The notes: generated from the letters alone by a model not told the origin. Shown: positions 49,609-59,146, numbered from the stretch's first letter. The stretch is 64,000 nucleotides of DNA from Gemmatimonadales bacterium (GCA_038224035.1 JBBRFQ010000001.1:9140-73139), one strand, 5' to 3'. Numbers and translations: made by a program.

Positions 49609-49941
49609 ATGTCAATCGTCCCGTTCTCCGACTCCGCTGACTCCCCCTGGCTCGACGTGCTGGCCGAAGACGGCCTGGTGGTCCTGTTCAAACACAGCCC
49701 GTCTTGCGGTCTCTCGGCGATCGCCATGGAGGAAGTCAAAGCGTTCGCCGCCGACAACCCGGATGTGCCAGTGCGCATGGTCGATGTGCTGAGTCAGCGG
49801 TCGCTTTCCAATGCGATCGAGTCATCGTTGCGCATTCGCCACGAGTCTCCGCAGACAATTGTGTTCCGTGACGGAGCACCGGTGTGGCATGGATCACACC
49901 GCAGGGTCACAAAGGTGCTTCTCGAGGCGGCGACTGCGTAA
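49609..49941 (+). CDS. ytxJ: YtxJ-like thioredoxin-fold protein (mirror copy)
   Basis: Exact mirror of 6296..6628. Confidence 0.65.
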   Translation: MSIVPFSDSADSPWLDVLAEDGLVVLFKHSPSCGLSAIAMEEVKAFAADNPDVPVRMVDVLSQRSLSNAIESSLRIRHESPQTIVFRDGAPVWHGSHRRVTKVLLEAATA

Positions 49942-50072
49942 TCGGGCTCGCGCTCGCCCGCTCCGCACTATACCTTTCGGGATAGTTTCGAATAGCCGCA
50001 GGGTATCGTCTCCTCCGTACCTGCGCGCCGTTCGATCACCGTTTCCGAAACCCTGCTTCCCGATTATCCGAC

Positions 50073-50747
50073 GTGGCTCTACTGGCACGCCCGCGAAAAA
50101 TCGTTGCCTCCGTGGTTCTTGCGACCGCCGTTCTCGGACCGGTCAACCGCGTGCAGGCCCAAGCGTCCTCATCGGGAACCACTCGCGCGGCCGCTGCCGA
50201 GACGATGGCCGACGCGATGCCACGTGTAGCCGTCGACGGCGTGCGACTGAGAGCCTTTTCGGCGCTGGCCGCCTCGGTCTCCGCGCTCCGCGACTCCGTA
50301 GTCGCCCGGGCACAGGGCGCGTTGGGCATCAAGTATCTGCTGGGCGGCAATGATCCGTCACGCGGCTTCGACTGCAGCGCGCTGATCAAGTACGTGCTCT
50401 CGGCCATCGACATCTCGCTCCCGCGTACCGCGCAGGAGCAAGCGCGAATGGGGCGGGCCATTCCCAAGGATCGCTCGCAGCTGAAGCCGGGCGACCTGCT
50501 CACGTTCGGCACTGGCGCTCGCATCACCCACATCGGCATGTATGTGGGCGAGGGTCGGTTTGTGCACGCCAGTACGTCCAAGCGGCAGGTCATCGAGAGT
50601 TCGCTTGATCAGTCGCGATCTTCACTGGTGAAGCAGTGGAAAGGCGTCCGCCGGCTTGTTGACGGCGACCGAGTGGCATCACGCTATGACAGCGTCTTCG
50701 CCTATCTGGATTCCGTGCGCGATTCCGTTTCCGATCGCCGCCCCTGA
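50073..50747 (+). CDS. NlpC/P60 endopeptidase (mirror copy)
   Basis: Exact mirror of 5490..6164. Confidence 0.8.
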   Translation: MALLARPRKIVASVVLATAVLGPVNRVQAQASSSGTTRAAAAETMADAMPRVAVDGVRLRAFSALAASVSALRDSVVARAQGALGIKYLLGGNDPSRGFDCSALIKYVLSAIDISLPRTAQEQARMGRAIPKDRSQLKPGDLLTFGTGARITHIGMYVGEGRFVHASTSKRQVIESSLDQSRSSLVKQWKGVRRLVDGDRVASRYDSVFAYLDSVRDSVSDRRP

Positions 50748-50764
50748 TCGGTCCGGCGGCACCC

Positions 50765-51124
50765 GTGGCAGAGCTCTCCGCCGACTTCGCGCTAGCGAGC
50801 GCTCGTCGGCTCCCGAATGTGGCCGAGGGACACCCCTGCGGCCGACTGCACGGGCACACGTTCGGCGTCCGCTTGACCGTGCGCGGCCCGATCGATCCGG
50901 TCAGCGGTTGGGTCCTCGATTTTGCGGAGCTCGCCACCGCGTGGTCTCCGATCGCCGATGCGCTCGACCATCGCCTTCTGAACGACGTACCCGGACTCGA
51001 GAATCCCACGAGCGAGCGGCTGGCCGTCTGGATCTGGCACGAACTTCGCGAGCAGGTGCCTTTACTCGCCGCCGTGGAGATTTCTGAGACCGGCGGTTTT
51101 CGCGTGGTCTACCGCGGCGACTAG
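50765..51124 (+). CDS. queD: 6-carboxytetrahydropterin synthase (mirror copy)
   Basis: Exact mirror of 5113..5472. Confidence 0.85.
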   Translation: MAELSADFALASARRLPNVAEGHPCGRLHGHTFGVRLTVRGPIDPVSGWVLDFAELATAWSPIADALDHRLLNDVPGLENPTSERLAVWIWHELREQVPLLAAVEISETGGFRVVYRGD

Positions 51125-51223
51125 CCGCGTCGCGGGTTGCGGACATATCGTCAGGAGCACCGTGAGATGCCGCTCAGTTGTTGGTGCTGTTCCAATCCCG
51201 TCCGCCCGCCTACGGAGGAATGC

Positions 51224-53308
51224 ATGTCCTGCCGCACCCCGTCTTCCCCGCGTCGAACCACCGCGTGGCTCTTTGGACTCATGTTGCTGTCCGGCACGTC
51301 GCTGCCGGCGCAATCCGGTCCATCGGCTCGGCCCGCTCCGGGCGCTGATCGCCTGACGATTGCCGACTACATGAACTGGCAGGACGTAAGCAATCCGTCG
51401 CTCTCGCCCGACGGCCGCCAGATTCTCTACACCAGAACGTGGATCGACGCGATCAACGACAAGCGCGAGTCGGCGCTGTGGCTCATGAACGCCGACGGAT
51501 CGCGCAGCCGGTTTCTGAGCAAGGGCTCCAATGCACAGTGGTCGCCCGACGGCACGCGCATCGCGTATCTCGCGCCGGGCGAGCCTGGCGGCTCGCAGAT
51601 CTTTGTTCGCTGGATGGATGCCGAGGGCGCGTCGTCTCAGATCACGCGAGTGGTCGAGTCGCCGAGTGACATCAACTGGTCGCCGGACGGCGGTCATCTG
51701 TCGTTCCAGATGCAGGTGCCCCAGCGCGAGAACTGGAATCTGTCGATGCCGCCCGCACCGAAAGGCGCGAAGTGGACCGAACCCCCGCGTGTCGTCACGA
51801 CGGTGCGCTATCGTGCGGATCGTCAGGGGTTTCTTCCCGATGGTGTGACGCATCTGTTCGTCGTGTCGGCCGATGGCGGGACTCCGCGCCAGATCACCAC
51901 CGGCGAATGGAACCACACCGGTGGTACGTGGACATCCGACGGGCTGGCGTTGCTGTTCAGCGCAAACCGCGACCCGAACTGGGAGTACGCGTGGCGCGAA
52001 TCGGACATCTATCGCGTGAATGTGGCGAGCGGTGCGGTCAATCAGCTCACCACGCGTCGCGGCCCCGACGGAAATCCGACGCCGTCGCCGGACGGACGAT
52101 TGATCGCCTATACGGGGTATGACTCCACTGATGCCACGTGGAAGGACGCGGCGCTCTACCTCATGAACGTGGACGGCAGTGGATCACGTGTGCTCACCGC
52201 GGACCTCGATCGCTCACCCGCTGATTTGACATGGGCGCCGGACAACCGCGGGGTGTACTTCACGCTGCAGAGTGACGGCGCGAGTAACCTGCACTATGTC
52301 TCGGTCACCGGACAGCACCGCGTGGTGACCAAGGGTGCGCACATGCTGAACGTATCCGACATGAGCACGCTCGGCTTGGTGGTGGGCACACGCTCCACGA
52401 GCAGCAAGCCAACCGACATCGTCACGTTTGACGTGCGCACTCCGGACAAGATCAACACGCTGACCGACATCAACGGCGACCTGCTCGCCGGTAAAGACCT
52501 CGCAACCACCGAAGAGATCTGGTACACGTCGGTCGATGGATTCAAGATTCAGGGGTGGATTGTCAAGCCACCGGATTTCGACGCCTCGAAGAAGTATCCG
52601 TTGCTGCTCGAGATTCACGGGGGGCCGCATAGCATGTACAATGTGGGCTTCAGCTTTGCGCGTCAGGATCATGCGTCGCACGGATTTGTCACGCTCTACA
52701 CCAATCCGCGTGGCTCCACGGGCTACGGATCGGCATTCGGCAACGCCATCAAGAATGCGTATCCCGGCAAGGACTACGACGACCTCATGGCCGGTGTCGA
52801 CACGGTAATCGGACGCGGCTACATCGACAGTAATCGTCTGTACGTGTACGGATGCTCGGGCGGCGGTGTGCTCACCAGCTGGATCGTGGGACACACGAAC
52901 CGCTTTGCCGCGGCCAGCGCGAACTGCCCGGTGACAAATTGGCTGAGTTTTGTGGGTACCACGGACGGACCCAGCTGGTACCGCAACTTCGAGAAGTTTC
53001 CGTGGGACGATCCGTCGGAGCATCTGCGCCGCTCTCCGCTCATGTATGTCGGCAACGTGCGCACACCGACAATGCTCATGACCGGTGTGAACGACTTGCG
53101 CACACCGATGGCGCAGACGGAGGAGTACTACGAGGCGCTCAAGGTGCTGAAGGTGCCCACGGCCATGGTGCGGTTCAACAACGAATGGCACGGGACCAGC
53201 TCCACGCCGTCCAACTTCCTGCGTACACAGGCGTTCCTGCGCAGCTGGTTTGATCGCTGGACTGCGCCGCCGGGCAAACCGGGCGGCGGTCCGATCTCGC
53301 AGGAGTGA
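51224..53308 (+). CDS. S9 family serine peptidase (mirror copy)
   Basis: Exact mirror of 2929..5013. GGAGG at 51214-51218 precedes the ATG at 51224. Confidence 0.85.
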   Translation: MSCRTPSSPRRTTAWLFGLMLLSGTSLPAQSGPSARPAPGADRLTIADYMNWQDVSNPSLSPDGRQILYTRTWIDAINDKRESALWLMNADGSRSRFLSKGSNAQWSPDGTRIAYLAPGEPGGSQIFVRWMDAEGASSQITRVVESPSDINWSPDGGHLSFQMQVPQRENWNLSMPPAPKGAKWTEPPRVVTTVRYRADRQGFLPDGVTHLFVVSADGGTPRQITTGEWNHTGGTWTSDGLALLFSANRDPNWEYAWRESDIYRVNVASGAVNQLTTRRGPDGNPTPSPDGRLIAYTGYDSTDATWKDAALYLMNVDGSGSRVLTADLDRSPADLTWAPDNRGVYFTLQSDGASNLHYVSVTGQHRVVTKGAHMLNVSDMSTLGLVVGTRSTSSKPTDIVTFDVRTPDKINTLTDINGDLLAGKDLATTEEIWYTSVDGFKIQGWIVKPPDFDASKKYPLLLEIHGGPHSMYNVGFSFARQDHASHGFVTLYTNPRGSTGYGSAFGNAIKNAYPGKDYDDLMAGVDTVIGRGYIDSNRLYVYGCSGGGVLTSWIVGHTNRFAAASANCPVTNWLSFVGTTDGPSWYRNFEKFPWDDPSEHLRRSPLMYVGNVRTPTMLMTGVNDLRTPMAQTEEYYEALKVLKVPTAMVRFNNEWHGTSSTPSNFLRTQAFLRSWFDRWTAPPGKPGGGPISQE

Positions 53309-54132
53309 CGCGGCACACCATGAACGAGAACTTGCCAGCCGGACGATTGTCCGGCTGGTTTGTGCGTGCCGCCGGTGCCGTGTTGGCGCTGGGTACCATG
53401 GAGATGGCGCTCACGCTCGGCCTCGCGTTGGCCACCGGCGCTGGCGAGACCGCCCTTCGGCTCGGCGCGCTCGTTCTCGGCGCGCTGCTGGCGCCCACTC
53501 GCGCCGCGCGTTGGCTGTGGCTGGTCACCGGCATCACCGCTGTTCTGCTGCTGCTCGTGCTGTTTACCCCACTGGTCGAGCGTCCCGTGCGCAGCCTGTT
53601 GCGCGCCGACGCGCCGGGCGCGCGTGCCGACGCCATCGTGGTGTATTCCGGTGCAATGACTGATGGGGGGCACATCGGCGAGATGGCACTCTCCCGACTC
53701 GTCAGCGCACTCGACGATGCACAGCGACTCGGGATTCGGGATGTGGTCGTGTCCGAGCAGGTGCGCGACGTGCGCGGCCGCCTGATCAGCACGGTGGCCG
53801 ACCAGCAACGCATTGCGAGTCTGCTCGGCGGCGCCGTCGAAGTGCACGTGGTGCGCGACGTCCGCAACACGCATGACGAAAGTCTCGCGTTTGCCGCGCT
53901 GGCCCGCACGCAGCAATGGTCTCGCCTGCAGGCCGTCACCGATCCGCTGCACGCGCGGCGCGCCTGTGCAACACTTGAAGCGACCGGCGTTTCGGTCATG
54001 TGCGCACCCTCCACACCACGCCACGTGTCCTTCAGTCAGCTCGACACGCCAGGCGCACGCATTACTGCGACACGCGCGGCGCTGCACGAAGCGGTTGGAT
54101 ACACAGTGTATCGCCTGCGAGGCTGGCTGTGA
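53305..54132 (+). CDS. DUF218/YdcF-like membrane protein (mirror copy)
   Basis: Exact mirror of 2105..2932. The GTG start overlaps the S9 TGA stop. Confidence 0.6.
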   Translation: MTRHTMNENLPAGRLSGWFVRAAGAVLALGTMEMALTLGLALATGAGETALRLGALVLGALLAPTRAARWLWLVTGITAVLLLLVLFTPLVERPVRSLLRADAPGARADAIVVYSGAMTDGGHIGEMALSRLVSALDDAQRLGIRDVVVSEQVRDVRGRLISTVADQQRIASLLGGAVEVHVVRDVRNTHDESLAFAALARTQQWSRLQAVTDPLHARRACATLEATGVSVMCAPSTPRHVSFSQLDTPGARITATRAALHEAVGYTVYRLRGWL

Positions 54133-54572
54133 TCGCCTGGTTCAGGCGGAGTGGCGTCACGGTCTGCCTCGCGGTTGGCGCCTGCACGGGCGACTCGACT
54201 CCCAACGTGAACGCCGAGGTCCCGCGGGCCGCGTCCTTTCGTGATGCACCCACCGAGGCAGCGTCGAAGCCCGCCAACCGCGATGCTGAGCGTGCGCCCG
54301 GCGCGTCGACACGTGTTCGGTGCGTTGTCGCGGCGGTGAGCGACGGTGACTCGTTCCGATGCCGCGATATTCAGCGTGTGCGTCTGCTGCTGCTCGACGC
54401 ACCCGAAATGGACCAAGGGGCCTTTGGCGTGCGCTCGCGTGATGCGCTCCGCGCGAGGATGCCTCGCGGCGACACGGTGTGGCTCGAGTTTGATGTGCAA
54501 CGCGAGGATCGCTACGGACGGCGAGGCCTTTGGGAAGACGGCGCCTACACGTGCGAGCCGCTCTCGCATTAA
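54129..54572 (+). CDS. SNase-like lipoprotein, short (mirror copy)
   Basis: Exact mirror of 1665..2108. The GTG at 54129 overlaps the TGA at 54130-54132. Confidence 0.55.
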   Translation: MIAWFRRSGVTVCLAVGACTGDSTPNVNAEVPRAASFRDAPTEAASKPANRDAERAPGASTRVRCVVAAVSDGDSFRCRDIQRVRLLLLDAPEMDQGAFGVRSRDALRARMPRGDTVWLEFDVQREDRYGRRGLWEDGAYTCEPLSH

Positions 54573-54590
54573 ACAAGGGAAGTGCTGACG

Positions 54591-55145
54591 TTATCGTCGC
54601 AACGCGGTTCGCACGCCGAACTCGGTCAGCGGCTCACCGCCCTTTGCAACAAGCGCCTCCGCAATCTGCTCCACGCGCTGCCACGCTTGCAGCGACAAGC
54701 CGCGCGACTGATTCGATACCGTCTTCACGCGTGAAAATCCAGGCAGACGCTCCCGTGAGCGCTCATTGACGAGGTAGGTCATACTGTGCTCCACGGCGCG
54801 CAAGCTGACCATCGTGGCGCCCCATGGCATCTCGTCGTAGCGAAGGAATACGTGCCATTGGCGGACGGTTTGCTCACCTTCCGTTTCGCCGCCGAGATCC
54901 ACGCGGACCCATCGCTCCGTGGAGTGCTGCACGGAGGAGAGCAATCCGGCCTCGAAAATCGTGCGCCGGAGCACCCGCACTGCGTCCGACTCGACCAACG
55001 GCATCAGCAGGATTATCGATTCGGTCGGCGGAAGCTGGTGCGTGGCCGGCGCCGTCCCGACCGGAATGCTGTGTCGGCACGCGGTCACCAGCATGCCTGA
55101 GAGCATCAACACATGCAGCCGTCGCGTGCGGGAGCTTGTGTGCAT
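54591..55145 (-). CDS. Hypothetical lipoprotein 184 aa (mirror copy)
   Basis: Exact mirror of 1092..1646. Confidence 0.5.
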   Translation of the reverse strand: MHTSSRTRRLHVLMLSGMLVTACRHSIPVGTAPATHQLPPTESIILLMPLVESDAVRVLRRTIFEAGLLSSVQHSTERWVRVDLGGETEGEQTVRQWHVFLRYDEMPWGATMVSLRAVEHSMTYLVNERSRERLPGFSRVKTVSNQSRGLSLQAWQRVEQIAEALVAKGGEPLTEFGVRTALRR

Positions 55146-55345
55146 CTCCGTCTTCTCCCCGGGACGTACCCGGTGCTGACGTTGACGATCGCGGCGGCGG
55201 GCTGTTTCCCGTCTCGCGAGCCCGAGACTTTGGAGTGGTGACGGCTGACACTTCCATCACGCAAGCGAGAGCGATACGTTCGCGGGGTTGCCGCGGCGTC
55301 CTGCCACGACCGCGATGCGGACACACACTCCCGTCTCCCAACTCT

Positions 55346-56317
55346 ATGGTTCACCACAAAATGTCTTTCCGCCAGCCCTCTCGACGGTTGGCTCTCCGGA
55401 TCACGGGTCTCGCCCTCGCGCTGCTCTCATCAGGCGCGTGTCAGGACAAGAAGGCGATCGCGGAGGCCGAGCGTCTCGCGATCGAGCTCGCGGCCGCCAC
55501 GGCCGAGCGCGATTCACTGGCGCAGCTGGTGGGAACGGCGGGTGCGGACAAGGATCGCGCGATCGCTGAGGTCGTTGATGCCAGCCGATTCGCCGACCAG
55601 ATCGATGCCGAGCTGCGTCAGGTGCGTGGATTGACGTCCAAGGTACAGCCGCAGGCCGGCGATGAAAGCGGACAGGCTCAGGCCAGCGCTGCCCGCGCGG
55701 ACATCCTTGAGCGGCTGAAACAGCTGCGTCAGCGGCTGAGCGCGCGGCAGTCGGACTTGCAGCGTACGCGGGATTCACTGATCGCCCTGCGGGGCGAATC
55801 GTCAGCAGCGGCAGAACTGCTCGACGATTTGCAGGCACGTCTGGCCATGCGCGACCGCGAAATTGTCGCGTTTGAAACGGAGGTGCGTCAGTTGCGCGAA
55901 GCCAATGTCCAGCTCGTATATGAAAAAGCTGCGCTCACGGATACGGTGCGCCAGGTGGAAACGAGCGCGAATCGGGTGTTCTACGTCGTCGGCACCAAGC
56001 AGGACCTGCTGGATCGCAAGATTGTCACGCAGGAAGGGGGCTCGCGTGCGTTGCTCGTGGTACGCCTTGGGCGCACGTTGGTCCCGGCGCGTGAACTCGA
56101 CAACGCTCTCTTCACCAGTGCCGACAAGCGGGAAACGCTCACGATTCCGCTGCCGCGGAGCGATAAGGAATACCGCATTGTGTCACGTCATAGCGCGCAG
56201 TTCATCGAGGCCGATCGCAAGGGCGACGATGGCAGTTTTCGGGGCGCGAGTATTCGCATCACCGACCCGAACGCGTTCTGGGCTGCGTCGCCCTACCTGA
56301 TCATCGTCGAGAAGTAA
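55346..56317 (+). CDS. Coiled-coil lipoprotein (complete copy; crosses the apparent palindrome end at 56236)
   Basis: Start at ATG 55346 (MVHHKMSFRQPSRRLALRITGLALALLSSGAC) or 55361. It has a long coiled-coil segment and then a beta-rich C-terminal domain (VFYVVGTKQDLLDRKIVTQEGG...). The track ORF start at 54824 is an Arg-rich 5' extension that overlaps the neighbouring gene and was rejected. Confidence 0.65.
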   Translation: MVHHKMSFRQPSRRLALRITGLALALLSSGACQDKKAIAEAERLAIELAAATAERDSLAQLVGTAGADKDRAIAEVVDASRFADQIDAELRQVRGLTSKVQPQAGDESGQAQASAARADILERLKQLRQRLSARQSDLQRTRDSLIALRGESSAAAELLDDLQARLAMRDREIVAFETEVRQLREANVQLVYEKAALTDTVRQVETSANRVFYVVGTKQDLLDRKIVTQEGGSRALLVVRLGRTLVPARELDNALFTSADKRETLTIPLPRSDKEYRIVSRHSAQFIEADRKGDDGSFRGASIRITDPNAFWAASPYLIIVEK

Positions 56318-57980
56318 CCCGTCGCCAGCGTTGCACCGTGAGCGCCAGTAACGCGGCGCTCACGGTGAACCACCACACCGCGCGCCACAGCGCATCGCGC
56401 AGCGGTACGTCCACTCCGGGCAATAGTGGCGGCGGATCGGCGAATCGGATCCACGGCGAGGTCGCGCCATTCGCATCGAGCGCTACGGCAAGCACCCACC
56501 CGGCGATCAACAGCAGGTGCGCGATCACTTTGTGTTGTACCAATACGTGCACACACAGCGAGAGCACCGTCCACTGCACGAACGGCACGAGCAGCCACAG
56601 CGCACCGAGTCCCGCCAGAGTCCACGGCGGCGCGTACACACCACGCGCGGCGCTCCCGGTCCACGCGGCGGCGAGCAGTCCCGCCACCAGAGCGGTTTGC
56701 GCCATCGCGATGCCGAGCACACGCCCACCTACCAGTACCGCCGTCGGCAGCGGCGCGCTGTGCACCAGCTCCACGACCCGCTCATCGTGATCGCGCCACA
56801 GCAACTCACCGGCGTAGATCGTGGCGAGGAGAATCAGGAAGAGTCGCGCGTGTTCCTGCACCATCAGCACCAACGTACCTGCGCCAGCGTCCGGGAGCGC
56901 GCCCTGCGCAAACGCGTGCGCCAGCACGTTCAGCAGGCCGAGCGCCGCAATCACACGCCACCCGCGATCGCGCCAGAGCCAGAAGATGGTGAACTGTGCG
57001 ATATGGAGCAGCGTGGACTCGTGCGAGGAGAACGGCGTCGCTGTGCGACGCACCGGCCGCTGCGTCGCGGTGACCGCTGAGTCCGCGTGCGTCCTGACGG
57101 CCACGCGCGGCGACGTCGCACGCCAGCCAAGCACCCACGCGCCTGTCACGCCCGCCACGACGAGCCATAGCACGCGACTCATGCCTACCACGCCGAACCA
57201 TGGGACCAGCCGAGTGGCGCGCTCGCTGTCCGTCCACGAATCGGACGCCATTTGCACCGCCACCGTACCGAACGGATCGAGCAGCGCCGCGACGAGCACG
57301 GCCGTGTTCTGCGCGCTGTCAGTGATCGCGTGTGCCTGCCACACCGCCTCGCAGCCCTGCCAGAGGAACAGCAGCGCCAGCGCCAGCGCCAGTACGGCCA
57401 GCAGCCGCTGCGTACGCACTGCGACGGCCGTCAGCACGGTCGCGACCGCCAGAGTGGTGGGCAGCGTCAACGTTACCCACGGCCACAGCGCACGAACGAG
57501 CACCTCGGCGAATGTCGCATCGCGTTCGACCCACGGCGCCAGAGCGCCCAGCAGGATTCCCCCCACCAGCGCGCTGTAGACCAGCACCATCACCGCGCAG
57601 GCCGCCAGCCATCGCCCGATCATCCAGGCTCGCGGATCGACTGGCGTACTGAAGACGAGGTGATCGGTGCGCCACGCCGTATCCCGCAACAAGGCGCTCG
57701 CTGTGATCATGGTGGTGATCACTTGTCCGAAGGCGGTGAGCCCGCCCATCGACAGCGTAATCGCGAGCGACGACAACTTGGGCAGTGCCCCCCGGTCGCG
57801 CACCAACTCGACCGTCCCGCTGCTCACAAAGGCGAAGGTCAGGAGCAGAAAAACGAGTGCGTAGAGCACCGTGGCCGGCTCGCGTCGCTGTATCCCGAGC
57901 TCAAAGCACAACACCGACCAGATCGAGGCGCGCCACGACCCCGACCGGCCAGGATCGCGAAGACGTGACGTCACGCGCAT
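56301..57980 (-). CDS. ABC-2-type permease-like polytopic membrane protein (resembles the membrane half of ABC-permease/M1-aminopeptidase fusions)
   Basis: 559 aa with about 12 hydrophobic helices. The N-terminus ...FELGIQRREPATVLYALVFLLLTF is typical of that permease family. No peptidase domain and no adjacent ATPase gene are present. The start codon abuts the DUF983 stop. Confidence 0.5.
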   Translation of the reverse strand: MRVTSRLRDPGRSGSWRASIWSVLCFELGIQRREPATVLYALVFLLLTFAFVSSGTVELVRDRGALPKLSSLAITLSMGGLTAFGQVITTMITASALLRDTAWRTDHLVFSTPVDPRAWMIGRWLAACAVMVLVYSALVGGILLGALAPWVERDATFAEVLVRALWPWVTLTLPTTLAVATVLTAVAVRTQRLLAVLALALALLFLWQGCEAVWQAHAITDSAQNTAVLVAALLDPFGTVAVQMASDSWTDSERATRLVPWFGVVGMSRVLWLVVAGVTGAWVLGWRATSPRVAVRTHADSAVTATQRPVRRTATPFSSHESTLLHIAQFTIFWLWRDRGWRVIAALGLLNVLAHAFAQGALPDAGAGTLVLMVQEHARLFLILLATIYAGELLWRDHDERVVELVHSAPLPTAVLVGGRVLGIAMAQTALVAGLLAAAWTGSAARGVYAPPWTLAGLGALWLLVPFVQWTVLSLCVHVLVQHKVIAHLLLIAGWVLAVALDANGATSPWIRFADPPPLLPGVDVPLRDALWRAVWWFTVSAALLALTVQRWRRVTSRR

Positions 57981-58463
57981 TCAGACGTGCGGCAGGTCCC
58001 GGTCGCCGAGCTGGCCCGCCTCGTGATGCCAGCGCATCTCAGCTTCCGAAAGCGGACGAATTGCGAGATCCACCGCCAGCCATGTCGTCTTCGCAAAGGG
58101 ATAGCACAGGAGACATCCGGCGAGCATCAGGCCGCCGGTGACATACGTCAACAGGTCCCACGGCACATCGGGCCACGTGACGAACACAAATCCGCACACG
58201 CAGATGAACAGAATGAGTTCAACCGCGATCAGGTTAAACAGATACGCGCCCACAAAATAATCACTCTCGCCGCGCTCGATGCGCAGTCCGCAGGTCGGAC
58301 ATTGCGGCTTCAGGGCAAAGAACGACGCAAAGATGCCGCGTCCGCCGCAGTTCGGACAGCGCAGCAGCAGTGCGCGGCCAATCAGGCGCGCGGTCGGCAC
58401 ACGACGTCTCGGCAAGGTGTCCGCCGATTTTGTCGGCTCAACGGGTGCAGGAATCGTGTGCAT
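57981..58463 (-). CDS. DUF983-like zinc-ribbon membrane protein
   Basis: Zinc-ribbon pair CPNCG...CPTCG followed by two TM helices. The size of about 160 aa fits. Confidence 0.6.
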   Translation of the reverse strand: MHTIPAPVEPTKSADTLPRRRVPTARLIGRALLLRCPNCGGRGIFASFFALKPQCPTCGLRIERGESDYFVGAYLFNLIAVELILFICVCGFVFVTWPDVPWDLLTYVTGGLMLAGCLLCYPFAKTTWLAVDLAIRPLSEAEMRWHHEAGQLGDRDLPHV

Positions 58464-58504
58464 CGGTGTAATCTATCGCTCAGCCAATAGCCAAGGACCG
58501 CACC

Positions 58505-59146
58505 GTGGGCGTTGCATACGATCAGATCTTCGAAAACAATCGCCGGTGGGTAGCGAGCCGCACCGCTGCAGACCCGGAATTCTTCAGCGCACTGTCGCGT
58601 GATCAGCAGCCGGGTTGGTTGTGGATTGGCTGTGCCGACAGTCGCGTACCGGCGAATGAAATCACCGGCCTCGACGTTGGCGACCTGTTTGTGCATCGCA
58701 ACATCGCGAATCTGGTGCCGAATACCGACCTGAACTCGCAGTCGGTGATCCAGTTCGCCGTCGGCACGTTGCACGTGGAGCACGTGGTTGTGTGCGGGCA
58801 CTACGGATGCGGCGGGATTAAAGCGGCTATGCAGCCGGCTGATCTGGGACTGCTGAATCCGTGGCTGCGCAATATCCGCGATGTCTATCGCATGCATGCC
58901 GCCGAGCTCAACAGCATCGAGGACCAGACGGCGCGCACCAACCGTCTCGTGGAACTCAACGTGACGGAACAGTGCCGGAACGTGCTGAAAATGGCGGTGG
59001 TGCAGCGCCGCTTTCTCGCGGGCGGCACGCCGTTGGTCCACGGCTGGGTGTATGACCTGCACGACGGTCTGCTCAAGGACCTGCACGTGAATACCGAGGC
59101 CCTGCTCACCGAGCTGCGGGCCATCTACGCGCTGCAGCCGGAGTAG
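58505..59146 (+). CDS. can: Beta-class carbonic anhydrase (Can type)
   Basis: WIGCADSRVPANEI, LFVHRNIANLV and VCGHYGCGGIKAA zinc-ligand motifs. It is collinear with E. coli Can along the whole length, from memory of that sequence. Confidence 0.9.
   Translation: MGVAYDQIFENNRRWVASRTAADPEFFSALSRDQQPGWLWIGCADSRVPANEITGLDVGDLFVHRNIANLVPNTDLNSQSVIQFAVGTLHVEHVVVCGHYGCGGIKAAMQPADLGLLNPWLRNIRDVYRMHAAELNSIEDQTARTNRLVELNVTEQCRNVLKMAVVQRRFLAGGTPLVHGWVYDLHDGLLKDLHVNTEALLTELRAIYALQPE

Larger units (their letters stand above)
28119..56236. repeat. Right arm of the perfect spacer-less palindrome
   Basis: Exact reverse complement of 1..28118. The end at 56236 simply corresponds to window position 1, so the true extent is unknown. 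Confidence 0.97.

Noticed and set aside
1-56236. Reading the inverted repeats as a composite transposon, an invertible segment or IS-flanked element.
   Set aside because: No transposase, integrase or recombinase gene is present. The arms are contiguous with no unique core between them. The content is housekeeping-type.
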